A stretch of 64,000 nucleotides of DNA from Nitrosopumilus sp. (GTDB lineage Archaea > Thermoproteota > Nitrososphaeria > Nitrososphaerales > Nitrosopumilaceae): NCBI GenBank assembly GCA_965249555.1, contig OZ252243.1:1824001-1888000 (forward strand), written 5' to 3'. Below are positions 1 through 9,897 of this stretch, piece after piece. How positions within the stretch are numbered: the first letter of the stretch is position 1; each line of letters opens with the position of its first letter. Below the pieces are notes generated by a model. It had not been told where the DNA came from. It saw only the letters and a list, made by a program, of their open reading frames with translations, and did not search any database. Made by a program: the position numbers and the translations under genes.

Positions 1-147
1 CTAGAAAATGATTGTCTATTGCATGACTTAGTAAAGTGATAAACACTGTTTTTCCAGTTCTACTTGGGCCTAAAACCGCTACGTTATTTTCATTTAGAAT
101 AGTTTTAGATGCCTTTAATATTGGAGCCATCTTGTCTTCTATGCCCA

Positions 148-2295
148 TTATACACTCAACTCCGCCATACTGTTTATTTCGTTTTCGGTTTTATTGAATT
201 TTTCAAAATTTAATATGTAAAAATTAGATGAACCATTTCTACCTAGTTCTGGATCTGATAATCCTATACAAGCTCTAGCTGTACCTACTGATTTGTGATT
301 CACTTTTGGAAAATACTGCTGTTCGTAATCAAGGAATCTGTTAATCTGTTTTATAATTATATCATCAACATGTCCTATAGAATTATAGCCTAAAGCAATC
401 ATATCATCTGTAAATCTGTTTATTGTTGGATGAGTAGATTGTTCTCTCATTGGGAATCTCCAACCAAAATAAGCCTCTATGTTTTCAGGAGTTGTTTGCC
501 TGTCCTTGTAGGGAAAATGTGGTATGTTACTAAATGTTACAAAAACTTCTTTTTTTATGCTGAATTTCCTAACAGTTTCTTCTTTTACTAATGCATCAAT
601 TCTATTTCTAATCATTTGTTCAGAAATATCTCCGCCTATAAGTAACGAAACAATTTCTTTAAGGAGTTGCCTGCCTCCACGAATTAATCGTAAGATTAAT
701 TGTTCTATTACATGTCTCCTAAGTTTTTCAAAAATTGGTGCAACTATTCCAGTTTGTTCAGCAAGAAGAGATATTTGATCAAAAATTGGAACTACGACTT
801 CACGCATGGGATTCATTTTTTCCTGATGGATAATTTCTCGCCATACTTCTTCCCAGTCAAATTTTCCATGTTCAAACTCTCTTGGTTGATTTAACGAACC
901 TTGAGATAGTTTTGCCATATCTTGAATATCTCCTTCTCTACTAGCTACTGCCTTTAGCAAAAAGACATATTCATTTCTTAATATCCCCACTTTTAATTTT
1001 CCATACTCCACATAATCTGCAGTTTTAATCATGATGTCAGATAATGATAAATCTCTCAATACTCTTTTTGTAAACAGATCAATTCTGCTTCTATCTGCAT
1101 GAGTCAATATATCATCTGGATATAGGCGTAAATCTTCTTGTGAATATTCTGTTTTAATCAATTTTTCATACCCTAATTGTTCCGTAATGACTTTGCGTAA
1201 AATTTCAAAATCAGATAATTTTTCAACTATTATATCACAATCTTTAGTAACTGCTTTGAGATTTTTCAGTCTCATATTTTCTCCACCTATGAGAAATATT
1301 TGCATTGGGTTTGTAATGTTATTTCCTATATCTTCAAATAATGATGATGTAGCTGGTGGTACAATATATTTTTCCGATTTAATTTCATACAGTTCTGCTT
1401 TTGATACAAATTCACTCCATGGGAGAAATATACTTTCATCTTTTAATTTTTGTCTTCTAATGTATGCTTCAACATCTAACCACACTGAAGATATGCCAAA
1501 AGAAATTGCAATTTCTCTTAATCGTTTAGTATCTACTTTGTTTTTATTATGAACATAAAACACTATTGACATGATCAAACCTAGTTTATCATTGGCTTTG
1601 TAAGCTGTCAATACTGAATGAATAATTATATCATGAATGTCTAGTGGTTCTTTTTGTTTAACATAGTAATCATATGGAGACTCATATTTTATTCCATTAT
1701 TTGTAAATACTGAAAAAGATGTTAATTCTCCTTCAGTTATTCTTCCACTCATAACTTTTTTTATAGTTTTTTCTTTATCTATGTAAATTACTTCTGCATT
1801 TGGTTCATACATTTGCTCTCTTTCAGTTTTTAGGATTCTTGCAAAATCTATCAACTCCGTTTTGGAAGGATCGATGTGTATTCTTTCAGGAATTTTCCGC
1901 CAATGATACCCTTGAGTGTCTGTTTCTTTCTGTATTATCCCTATTGCCCCAAAATCAGATATTGCTCGATATATCGTAGCTGTGGATAATCCGGTATTTG
2001 TCACAATTTCATTAACGGTTAACAATTCTGTCAAATAAGAAAATACAAGTTCATTGGAGTCACGTAAAAGATTCTCTAAATTCCATTTCTGGGATATTTT
2101 TTTTAGTAATACTGTTTTTGCATTTTTTTGTAGTTCTATAACATTACCTTCTTTTTTGATAAAACCATCTTGAAGAAGTTTTTTTATTTGGTAATTGAAT
2201 TGCCATTCTTTTACTCCACTGATTTCTTTTAATGTCGCAGTGTCATGAATGTCATTAATTATTTCCTTGATAATCGATATGGATGTACCATTCAT
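148..2295 (-). CDS. Multi-wHTH protein fused to a DUF6036/AbiEii-like nucleotidyltransferase
   Basis: N-terminal HTH segments (e.g. LTVNEIVTNTGLSTATIYRAISDF); pol-beta NTase motif IFLIGGENMRL...TKDCDII followed by LLKAVASREGDIQD; C-terminal wHTH. Confidence 0.65.
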   Translation of the reverse strand: MNGTSISIIKEIINDIHDTATLKEISGVKEWQFNYQIKKLLQDGFIKKEGNVIELQKNAKTVLLKKISQKWNLENLLRDSNELVFSYLTELLTVNEIVTNTGLSTATIYRAISDFGAIGIIQKETDTQGYHWRKIPERIHIDPSKTELIDFARILKTEREQMYEPNAEVIYIDKEKTIKKVMSGRITEGELTSFSVFTNNGIKYESPYDYYVKQKEPLDIHDIIIHSVLTAYKANDKLGLIMSIVFYVHNKNKVDTKRLREIAISFGISSVWLDVEAYIRRQKLKDESIFLPWSEFVSKAELYEIKSEKYIVPPATSSLFEDIGNNITNPMQIFLIGGENMRLKNLKAVTKDCDIIVEKLSDFEILRKVITEQLGYEKLIKTEYSQEDLRLYPDDILTHADRSRIDLFTKRVLRDLSLSDIMIKTADYVEYGKLKVGILRNEYVFLLKAVASREGDIQDMAKLSQGSLNQPREFEHGKFDWEEVWREIIHQEKMNPMREVVVPIFDQISLLAEQTGIVAPIFEKLRRHVIEQLILRLIRGGRQLLKEIVSLLIGGDISEQMIRNRIDALVKEETVRKFSIKKEVFVTFSNIPHFPYKDRQTTPENIEAYFGWRFPMREQSTHPTINRFTDDMIALGYNSIGHVDDIIIKQINRFLDYEQQYFPKVNHKSVGTARACIGLSDPELGRNGSSNFYILNFEKFNKTENEINSMAELSV

Positions 2296-2340
2296 TTAGT
2301 ATCATTAAACCACATAGATATATAAAGTTTAGTGATTATA

Positions 2341-2356
2341 TGATACTAAAGTATCA
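2341..2356. promoter_or_regulatory. Palindromic operator TGATACT-AA-AGTATCA upstream of the HTH-NTase gene
   Basis: Perfect 7-bp inverted repeat; related half-site TTTAGTATCATTA also at ~2295-2307 next to the start codon. Confidence 0.5.
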
Positions 2357-2473
2357 TTATGCCCTATAATTATATAATGATTATGGTCATATGAGACTAG
2401 AGTACTACATCTATCATTAAAATTTTCTTTATCATAATATTGAGGAGTCAATTATTAGAAATTGTAGATCTCT

Positions 2474-3034
2474 TTGGAATTAGTGAAAAGTGCGGAATTA
2501 TTTGCAAAAAAGAAGCATTCTGGAATGATGAGAAAAGATGGCATAACTCCCTATTCAAAGCATCTAGAAGCCGTAGTGAATAGACTCAAAAGTCTAGGTG
2601 TTGTGGATGAAGAACTTCTTTGTGCAGGTTGGCTTCATGATACGATAGAAGATGCTGATGCCACTTTTGATGACTTGTTTGAAAAGTTTGGAAGCAGAAT
2701 TGCAGTATTGGTGTCAACTCTATCAAAAGATATGTCATTGACTAGAAAACAAAGAGAGCAAATCTATGTTAAACAACTCAAAGAAGCATCATTTGATGCA
2801 AAACTGATCAAACTATGTGATATCTCAGCAAACTTGAGTGATTTGAAGAATTATGATGCATCAAAATCAAAAAAACTACGTCAGGTCAGAAAAGTAAGAC
2901 ATTATCTAGCAGTTATCAAAAATGATCTGATAGAAAATAATGACTATCCAAAAATTACTACTCTATTGGAAAGCATTAATCAAAGTTTAAAGCAATTTGG
3001 ACAAAGAACCATATCGTTACAGCAAAAGAGATGA
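2474..3034 (+). CDS. HD-domain phosphohydrolase (RelA/SpoT hydrolase / Mesh1-like)
   Basis: H...RKDGITPYSKHL, AGWLHDTIEDAD and IKLCD..NL motifs. Confidence 0.85.
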   Translation: MELVKSAELFAKKKHSGMMRKDGITPYSKHLEAVVNRLKSLGVVDEELLCAGWLHDTIEDADATFDDLFEKFGSRIAVLVSTLSKDMSLTRKQREQIYVKQLKEASFDAKLIKLCDISANLSDLKNYDASKSKKLRQVRKVRHYLAVIKNDLIENNDYPKITTLLESINQSLKQFGQRTISLQQKR

Positions 3035-3322
3035 GGAAATAATTATTCTAAAGATCACTCTAGTCTTTCTGCATCATACAGACCATGCCCGCAGTGATTT
3101 CTATTGGTACGAGAATAAATATGAAAGATATTTCCACAGTTGTAGAATCTGAATATTGTGTATGTTATGTATTAGTTGACACATAATTACATTTACGCAT
3201 TTTTTACATTGGATACTGTAACAGCTTGTCTAGAAAAAAATTAAAGTAACAAAAGAGGAGTAAAAATTGTGCCTAAAATAAAAATCAGTCCCATTAAAAA
3301 TTACAAAATTTTACAAACTGTA

Positions 3323-3820
3323 TCACTTTGAATTAGATTGATCTGTAGTTTGTTGTTTAAAGAAAGAATTGTACATATTAAATTCATTTTCAATAATTTT
3401 TCTTCTCTCTCTGCTTTCTTGTTTGATTTGTCTTAGTTGTGATTTCATAAAACCACGTTTTTCTTTTGATAATCTATCTTGTTCTTCTTGTTGTAGATTA
3501 AGTGGTTCAAATTGTTTGCATTCTGAACCATAGTGACCAATCTTAGTCCATTTTCCATCTATCCTAATATATGCTGCCAGTTTTGTACAATCTACTTTAC
3601 ATTCACCATGATAATTTCTGTACACCATAAAATCACCTAAAGTGAAAAGAATCTTCCTTGTGATGGATTGTACATTGATGACATTTTTGAATCTATTCCC
3701 TCTGTGTTGTTTCATAAAATACGCAACTGATTTTATTTTGATAAAATCCTCATATGCAATACCGTATCCTAATTCTGTTGTAGATAATATTCGTAAAATG
3801 CCTATTTTTCTGCCTAGCAT
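3323..3820 (-). CDS. Hypothetical protein
   Basis: 165-aa ORF, no recognised motif; start uncertain. Confidence 0.4.
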   Translation of the reverse strand: MLGRKIGILRILSTTELGYGIAYEDFIKIKSVAYFMKQHRGNRFKNVINVQSITRKILFTLGDFMVYRNYHGECKVDCTKLAAYIRIDGKWTKIGHYGSECKQFEPLNLQQEEQDRLSKEKRGFMKSQLRQIKQESRERRKIIENEFNMYNSFFKQQTTDQSNSK

Positions 3821-4066
3821 GAATGCGTGATAGACTGCCTCTTCCCTTGCTTTTTGCGTCTTTTTCTTTGTGAATTTATGCCCAAATTTTCCTGCAGTCT
3901 TTTTGATTGATTTTTTGACCTACCTTTAGCATGGATAGACATGTTGCATATTGTGGTCTAACTTTTACACCAGTCTTTTTGTGGTTTGAATTTTTTTAGA
4001 ACTTTATAGAATTGTTTTACCACAAAAATTGGTCATACTCTAAAGTATAAAAGATGAATTTGTTAG

Positions 4067-5089
4067 CTAAAACCACTGATCTAGATTTTGACTCTTTTTC
4101 TCTAGTGCTTTTTTTAGTCTGTTTAGGGTTGCCTGAATTCTGTCTTCTGAGAAACTTCTCTCTTTTACAAGATAGTTTGTTATTGCCTCATAATCTACTT
4201 TATCAAAGACAATCTCATCAATATCAGTTACATCTGGCTCCAAAAAGATTTTTCGTATCTGCTGAAACTCTATCTCTTGTAATTGTTCTTGAATTTGTGG
4301 TATGTCTTCTAATCTTGAATGCTGCTTTATCATTTTTAGTGCTGTCTTTGGACCAATCCTATCAAAACCATTTGGATTAAAGTCTGTTCCAATTAAAATT
4401 CCAACATCAACAAGCTGCTCTCTTGTAAATCCTAATGCATCAAGTGTTTTTTGTGTCTCAATCATCTCTGGAACAATATCGATGTAGGTGTTTCTATTTG
4501 GCAACTTTCTTCTTCCACTGTTAGTAAAATTTCTGACTAATCTTTTTGCACCACATAAAATAGAATCAAAATCCTGGCTTGCAGAAGCGTATGCTTGTCC
4601 TGTATTTGTCAGATGTGCGGCTGTTGCTTCCCCCTCTGATGCTGCTTCTATAAATGGAATGCCAAAACATGTTAAAAGTTTTTTTGATTCTTTCACCATC
4701 CCATCTTTCATACTGGTTGTTTGTTGTGCATATTTTCTTGCATCTTCCATGTTTCCATCAGCGATTGCTTTTTCATATTTGATAGTTGCATCTTTCTTGA
4801 TCTGTTTTCTACGTTCAATTTCTGCTGTTTTTAGTGACGGTGGTTTTCCATCAAAGACATAGACTGGTTTTATTCCTAAAGATAGAAAGTTGACATTTCT
4901 GTATAACAGACCACTTAGATGACTAGTGATTCTTCCTTCAGAATCTGATAATTGTAATCCGTCTGGACCTCTAATACTTGCTAAGAATTGGTAGATCGCA
5001 TTGTATGCATCAATTGCAATTATTTTAGTTGAAAATGCTTCTAGACTTGTTTTCTCCCTTACCACCAAGTCCTTTAGATTTAGTCCCAT
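4067..5089 (-). CDS. fen: Flap endonuclease 1
   Basis: [34 protein letters not shown] motifs; C-terminal PIP box QNLDQWF. Confidence 0.98.
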   Translation of the reverse strand: MGLNLKDLVVREKTSLEAFSTKIIAIDAYNAIYQFLASIRGPDGLQLSDSEGRITSHLSGLLYRNVNFLSLGIKPVYVFDGKPPSLKTAEIERRKQIKKDATIKYEKAIADGNMEDARKYAQQTTSMKDGMVKESKKLLTCFGIPFIEAASEGEATAAHLTNTGQAYASASQDFDSILCGAKRLVRNFTNSGRRKLPNRNTYIDIVPEMIETQKTLDALGFTREQLVDVGILIGTDFNPNGFDRIGPKTALKMIKQHSRLEDIPQIQEQLQEIEFQQIRKIFLEPDVTDIDEIVFDKVDYEAITNYLVKERSFSEDRIQATLNRLKKALEKKSQNLDQWF

Positions 5090-5172
5090 AGGATTCTGTT
5101 GTAATTTATGCTATTTTGTGTTTGTCTTTGACATTTGGTTTGTTTTATTATGGAGAAAATCTCAGACTAGAT

Positions 5173-5254
5173 GCCGGGGTAGCCAAGTGGTAAGGCGGCC
5201 GTCTCGAAAACGGCTACGCGCAAGCGTGCAGGGGCTCGAATCCCTTTCCCGGCG
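5173..5254 (+). tRNA. tRNA-Ser(CGA)
   Basis: Cloverleaf: acceptor GCCGGGG/TCCCGGC, anticodon arm GCCGT-CTCGAAA-ACGGC, long variable arm, discriminator G. Confidence 0.92.
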
Positions 5255-5296
5255 TTGATCTTTTAATTTAAAATCATTACATGTTGTATAGAATTC

Positions 5297-6538
5297 GTGG
5301 TATTGATGGTGTCTGGCCCTCTCATTATATTATTGACACATAATCGCCCAAAGATTTTGAAGCGTTGTATTTCTACTGCAATAAATCATAGTAAAATTGC
5401 ATATAATGCATATTGGATAGTACTGGATGATTCTAACCCTGAACATGTCCTAGAAAATCTAGATGTGTTAAATGAATTTGCAAATTTGGGATTAGATGTA
5501 ATTCATCTTACTGAATCAAAACAATTAGAAATTTTTAAAATTATATCTACACATACGTTAAACAAAGATTATGAAATCCTTTTTGAAAAATCTTTTCATA
5601 GGGATATATCTGGACTAAGAAATTTTGGTTTATTTTTACATTTTATTTTCAAATCTGATTTGACTTTTTTCCTTGATGATGATATGATTAGTTGTTCTAA
5701 TTCTGATAAAGTATGTTTTTTTGATTATGCTCAAAAAACTTTTGATAGTTCTGAGAACTGTATAATTGGCTCTACATTGATGGGAATTTTAGATGAGAGC
5801 TATGTCGGTAGATTTGCTTATCTGGCAAATCATGATATGAATTCAATTTTTCAGCAAGATATTGGCCTTAGTTATTCTGAAAATGAATGGACTTTTGAAA
5901 ATAACCCTCTTTGGATAGACTCTATACCTTCCGCTGAAGAATGCTCTACTCATACAAGTGCTGGGTTATTGGGTTTCAAATTAAACTACGATTCTGTAAT
6001 TCCTTTTCCATCTGGGTATAATGAAGACTGGAATTGGTGTCTTTTACAGACCGCACTATATGGAACAAAAATTAACAAAACAGAATTGATAGCACATCAT
6101 TCACCTCCATCTTTTTTTAAACCAAAACAAGAAGGGATTTTGTGGGAGATGATGGGGGAGTGTATTTTTGATTTGATTTTACAATCTTTGAAATTAAATA
6201 ATTCATCAACCCTAAAAGATATTGAAACAAAAATAAAACCAAATGACGTTATTGATAAAAAAATTGGCACGTTGGATTCTTTAATAGACAATGTGGAAAA
6301 ACATATTGAAACTTTTTCTCAAATAAAAAAACAAGAGTTAAAGGACTATATCCTTCAAATAAAAAATGCTAGAAACAGTCTTAAGAATTCAAATATCTTA
6401 TCTCTTGTTAATTTGTGGTTTAGTGATTTAAGTAAACGCTCCACTGTATTTTCATCTATGATTCAGGATGATGATTTATGCAACCAGATTAGAATCTCAT
6501 TAGAATTTGTAAAACAAAAAAAGAATGTGGCAACATGA
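5297..6538 (+). CDS. GT-A fold glycosyltransferase-like protein
   Basis: LLTHNRPKIL, VLDDS, SGLRN, FFLDDDM (DxD) and YNEDW motifs. Confidence 0.65.
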   Translation: MVLMVSGPLIILLTHNRPKILKRCISTAINHSKIAYNAYWIVLDDSNPEHVLENLDVLNEFANLGLDVIHLTESKQLEIFKIISTHTLNKDYEILFEKSFHRDISGLRNFGLFLHFIFKSDLTFFLDDDMISCSNSDKVCFFDYAQKTFDSSENCIIGSTLMGILDESYVGRFAYLANHDMNSIFQQDIGLSYSENEWTFENNPLWIDSIPSAEECSTHTSAGLLGFKLNYDSVIPFPSGYNEDWNWCLLQTALYGTKINKTELIAHHSPPSFFKPKQEGILWEMMGECIFDLILQSLKLNNSSTLKDIETKIKPNDVIDKKIGTLDSLIDNVEKHIETFSQIKKQELKDYILQIKNARNSLKNSNILSLVNLWFSDLSKRSTVFSSMIQDDDLCNQIRISLEFVKQKKNVAT

Positions 6539-7350
6539 GTGAATCCTTGATTAGTTTTAAGAGCATAGATGGATTAGTCTTAAAGGGAACACTAAGAATT
6601 GCAAAAGACTCACCAAAATTTGCAATATTGTTTGTACATGGAATTACTGTTGATAGAGAAGAGGATGGTTTTTACACCCAATTTGCAAAAAATATGGATA
6701 GCATATCTACCATATCATTTCGATTTGATTTACGTGGTCATGGTACAAGTCAAGGAAAATATGAAGAGATCACACTTGCAGCAGTTATCAACGACATTGA
6801 TTCTGCTGTAGATGAATTTCAAAAACATATTCCATCTCATATCCCTTTGATCATCATTGCTGCAAGTTTTAGTGGAGGTTTGGCATCTAACTGGGCATTT
6901 GAGCATTCAAATAAAGTGCATTCTCTTGTTTTGCTTAATCCTCTGTTGAATTATGGTGAGCATATGCTCTTTTCAAAGTGGTTTTGGGTTGATGAAAAAA
7001 TTTCAGTTAAAGGTAATGAACTTCTCAAGACACAAGGATGGCTTCCACATGGAGACTTTAGAATGGGACCTAAACTGATAGATGAATTGTCAAATTTAAA
7101 ATCATTTGAAAAAATAAAATGTCCTTCTATTCCTGTTTTGGTAGTTCATGGTAACAAAGACAGTGTGGTTTCTTTTGAAATTGCCCAAAACTATTCTGAT
7201 TCAAATAGTAATTCTGCATTTGAAATAATTAATGGTGCTGATCATGGATTTACCAGTCCAAATGATGATAACATGTTACATCCAGACACAATTCATTTTA
7301 GGGACACTGTATTTGAAAAAGTGGTTAACTGGATTAAAGATAGCACATGA
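6535..7350 (+). CDS. Alpha/beta hydrolase
   Basis: FVHG, RFDLRGHG, AASFSG nucleophile elbow, VHGNKD, GADH; 4-nt overlap with upstream gene. Confidence 0.88.
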   Translation: MSESLISFKSIDGLVLKGTLRIAKDSPKFAILFVHGITVDREEDGFYTQFAKNMDSISTISFRFDLRGHGTSQGKYEEITLAAVINDIDSAVDEFQKHIPSHIPLIIIAASFSGGLASNWAFEHSNKVHSLVLLNPLLNYGEHMLFSKWFWVDEKISVKGNELLKTQGWLPHGDFRMGPKLIDELSNLKSFEKIKCPSIPVLVVHGNKDSVVSFEIAQNYSDSNSNSAFEIINGADHGFTSPNDDNMLHPDTIHFRDTVFEKVVNWIKDST

Positions 7351-7934
7351 GTGAAAATCAACCAAAAATCATTGGTAATGGGGTATGGATTGATCCGAGA
7401 GTTACTTTTGGAAAAAATGTTACAGTAGGTCATGGTAGTTGTATTGGTTATCCAGATGAGGATGAATCTGAATTAAAAATAATGGATAATGTTTCAATTG
7501 GCGCATTTTGTGTTATATCCATGGGTAGTGTGATTGAAAAAAATGTTTCATTAGAGCATTATTGTAGAATTGATAGTAATTCTACAATTGGAGAAAATAC
7601 AAAGTTATTGTATGGTGCTAGAGTACATTGGAAAGTTAGAATTGGACATGATTCGATAATCGGAGGAAATGCACCCGATAGAACTATCATTGGAAATAAG
7701 GTGCGACACTTTGGACGAATAGTTCATGCACAACGAGATCGTTCAGGAGGATGGGATGCAACTGAAGAACCATCTCCTGTGATATGTGATGGAGCATTAA
7801 TTGGTGCAAATGCAATAATAATTGGAGGTATCGAAATAGGTGAAGATTCAGTTATTGCAGCAAACGAAGTAGTCAAAGAAAATGTGCCTAAAAAATCCAT
7901 TTTTTCACATGGAAAAATAAAACCAATAACATAA
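7347..7934 (+). CDS. Hexapeptide-repeat (left-handed beta-helix) acyltransferase
   Basis: Repeated [IV]G...[IV] hexapeptides; IGANAIIIGGIEIGEDSVIAA. Confidence 0.85.
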   Translation: MSENQPKIIGNGVWIDPRVTFGKNVTVGHGSCIGYPDEDESELKIMDNVSIGAFCVISMGSVIEKNVSLEHYCRIDSNSTIGENTKLLYGARVHWKVRIGHDSIIGGNAPDRTIIGNKVRHFGRIVHAQRDRSGGWDATEEPSPVICDGALIGANAIIIGGIEIGEDSVIAANEVVKENVPKKSIFSHGKIKPIT

Positions 7935-7974
7935 TAAAAAAGAAAAAAACCATAATTATCTATAAACTAAGACT

Positions 7975-8160
7975 ATGACTCAGGAAACAGAATCAAAGAT
8001 ACAAGAATCAAAAATTCCAACTGTTGAACTAATTGCACATTTTAGGGAAAAATGTAAAATTTGTGGTCATCACCGAATCATGCACAACGAATTAGGAAAA
8101 TGTGAAGGCGTAATGAACAAACCATGCAATTCTGGTTGCGATAGTTTTGAATCCGAATGA
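7975..8160 (+). CDS. Small Cys/His-rich protein
   Basis: CKICGH...H...C...C...C pattern. Confidence 0.6.
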   Translation: MTQETESKIQESKIPTVELIAHFREKCKICGHHRIMHNELGKCEGVMNKPCNSGCDSFESE

Positions 8161-8198
8161 TTTGTCTTTCAAGTCTTTAATACGATATATTTTGTAAA

Positions 8199-8852
8199 TT
8201 GTTTGTGGATTCAAACATTGGAGATAAAATTTACCCTGAAGGATATGAGCCCAAAGAAACTCCGGGATCATCTGATCCTACTGTGAGAAATCAACTACTT
8301 GATTTCATCTTACAGTCTGGGTCTACTGAAGAAGTTGTAAATACTGATTTGTTTGCTGTGATGGCAAAGAGACGTTCGACACGAAAATTTTCTGACAAAC
8401 CAGTTGAAACTACAAAAATAGATAAAATTATTGCAGCAGCCGATACTGCGCCTACCGCTGGAAACTATCAGGGATTTGAAATCTTTTATCTCAAAAGTCC
8501 AGAAAAGAAAAAACTTCTAGTTGAAGCATGTAACAAGCAACCTTATGTTAACGCTCCAGTTGTGTTGATTTTCTGTAAAAATCCATCTAGAGTAAAATTT
8601 GATTTTCCTGATTATGTTCTTAAAAAATTTGCCATACAGGATGCAACCTTGGCTGCAGGGTATTCTCAGCTTGCAGCTCAAGCGTTAGGATTAAGCTCAA
8701 TTTGGATTGGTATGTTTGATGAACAAAAGGTGATGGATATTATTGGAACAGATCTGGTCCCATCATCTGTATTGTGTATTGGATATCCAGAACAAACAAA
8801 ATTCCCAAAACCAAGAAGAAATCTCAAAGACTTGGTTCATGTAACTTGGTAA
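8199..8852 (+). CDS. Nitroreductase family protein
   Basis: RRSTRKF, APTAGNYQ, LGLSSIWIG, IGYP motifs. Confidence 0.92.
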   Translation: MFVDSNIGDKIYPEGYEPKETPGSSDPTVRNQLLDFILQSGSTEEVVNTDLFAVMAKRRSTRKFSDKPVETTKIDKIIAAADTAPTAGNYQGFEIFYLKSPEKKKLLVEACNKQPYVNAPVVLIFCKNPSRVKFDFPDYVLKKFAIQDATLAAGYSQLAAQALGLSSIWIGMFDEQKVMDIIGTDLVPSSVLCIGYPEQTKFPKPRRNLKDLVHVTW

Positions 8853-8904
8853 GGCGTACCTAGAATTCTCCAGATTTAAATAATCATGGATACTGGTTTA
8901 ATTC

Positions 8905-9138
8905 ATGACTGATGCATATGTGATGCTAAATTGTGAATTAGGTGCAGAGGCTGATATTATTGAAAAACTCAAGGAACTTGAAGAAGTAAAAGATGTCTTT
9001 GAGACAATTGGAACTCATGACATGATGGTTAAATTACAAGCAGATAATTTTGAAAAAATTCGAGAAATTGTTTCTTGGAATATTCAGAAATTACCCAAAG
9101 TGCGTTCTACTGCGACTCTCATAAAAAAGGGTAATTAA
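8905..9138 (+). CDS. Lrp/AsnC ligand-binding (RAM) domain protein
   Basis: AYVMLNCELG...GTHDMMVKL...VRSTATLI. Confidence 0.9.
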   Translation: MTDAYVMLNCELGAEADIIEKLKELEEVKDVFETIGTHDMMVKLQADNFEKIREIVSWNIQKLPKVRSTATLIKKGN

Positions 9139-9232
9139 GAACACAACAAATCATCAAGAAAATTATGACACTTGTCATTAACATTCAAATTCCAAGAAAT
9201 AAATAACTAATCTGACTTTCAATAATGGTGTT

Positions 9233-9343
9233 CAGCCAGATATCTCAATCATTTTTTTACCACAATTTGGGCATGTTACATTTGTATTGCGTTCTGCCAA
9301 CGTCATTGGCATGTCACAATTATCACAATTCCAAGTTGGCATA
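9233..9343 (-). CDS. Small zinc-ribbon protein (36 aa)
   Basis: Manual translation MPTWNCDNCD...CPNCGKKMIEISG. Confidence 0.5.
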
Positions 9344-9486
9344 CTATTTCAAAGCTTTACGAAGAGTGTCATTTACTATTCTGGAATAACTACATGAGGA
9401 CATATCTTGTTGAATTATTTTTGCTTGTCTAATTAAGTTTTTTATCAATATCATTATCAATTATAATTGTAATACGTTTACTCATT
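9344..9486 (-). pseudogene. Ribbon-helix-helix small regulator, frameshifted
   Basis: MSKRITIIIDNDIDKKL then shifted frame ..RQAKIIQQDMSSCSYSRIVNDTLRKALK. Confidence 0.45.
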
Positions 9487-9711
9487 TGTGTTTATAATTC
9501 TTGTAAATTCTATAATAATATGTGATCATTTCAAAAAATGAACAGTCATCAATTAGTTATAATGTGGATTGAGGCGTAATTTTTCTCATAATATTTTACT
9601 TTTAGGAGATTTTAATGCCAGCTCAAAGCCCGATTATCATTTTTAAAAAACACTTTACAAGAACGAGAAAGGACTAAAGATTGGATCATACGCCAGATAC
9701 GGGCTTTCTTG

Positions 9712-9794
9712 GGCTCTGGTCAGTTCTGGTGATCTAGCATAGATAGTGGTCAGAAGTGACAAATATGGATCTTCTCAAGATTGCCCGACCCCCT
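9712..9794 (-). mobile_element. Partial copy (one end) of the 260-bp GGCTCTGGTCA MITE
   Basis: Reverse complement of the last ~83 nt of the MITEs at 58430-58689 and 62514-62776. Confidence 0.85.
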
Positions 9795-9897
9795 CCACCA
9801 TATCTGAGATATCCCAAATTGCTCACGATTGTCAAATTACAAGCTTAAAAAATCAACCTGTAAACCTTTTATAACCACAAATTATTTCTGATACAAT

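Noticed and set aside
2474-3034. HD hydrolase as antitoxin of the divergent NTase fusion
   Set aside because: It looks like an ordinary Mesh1-like gene; adjacency alone is not evidence.
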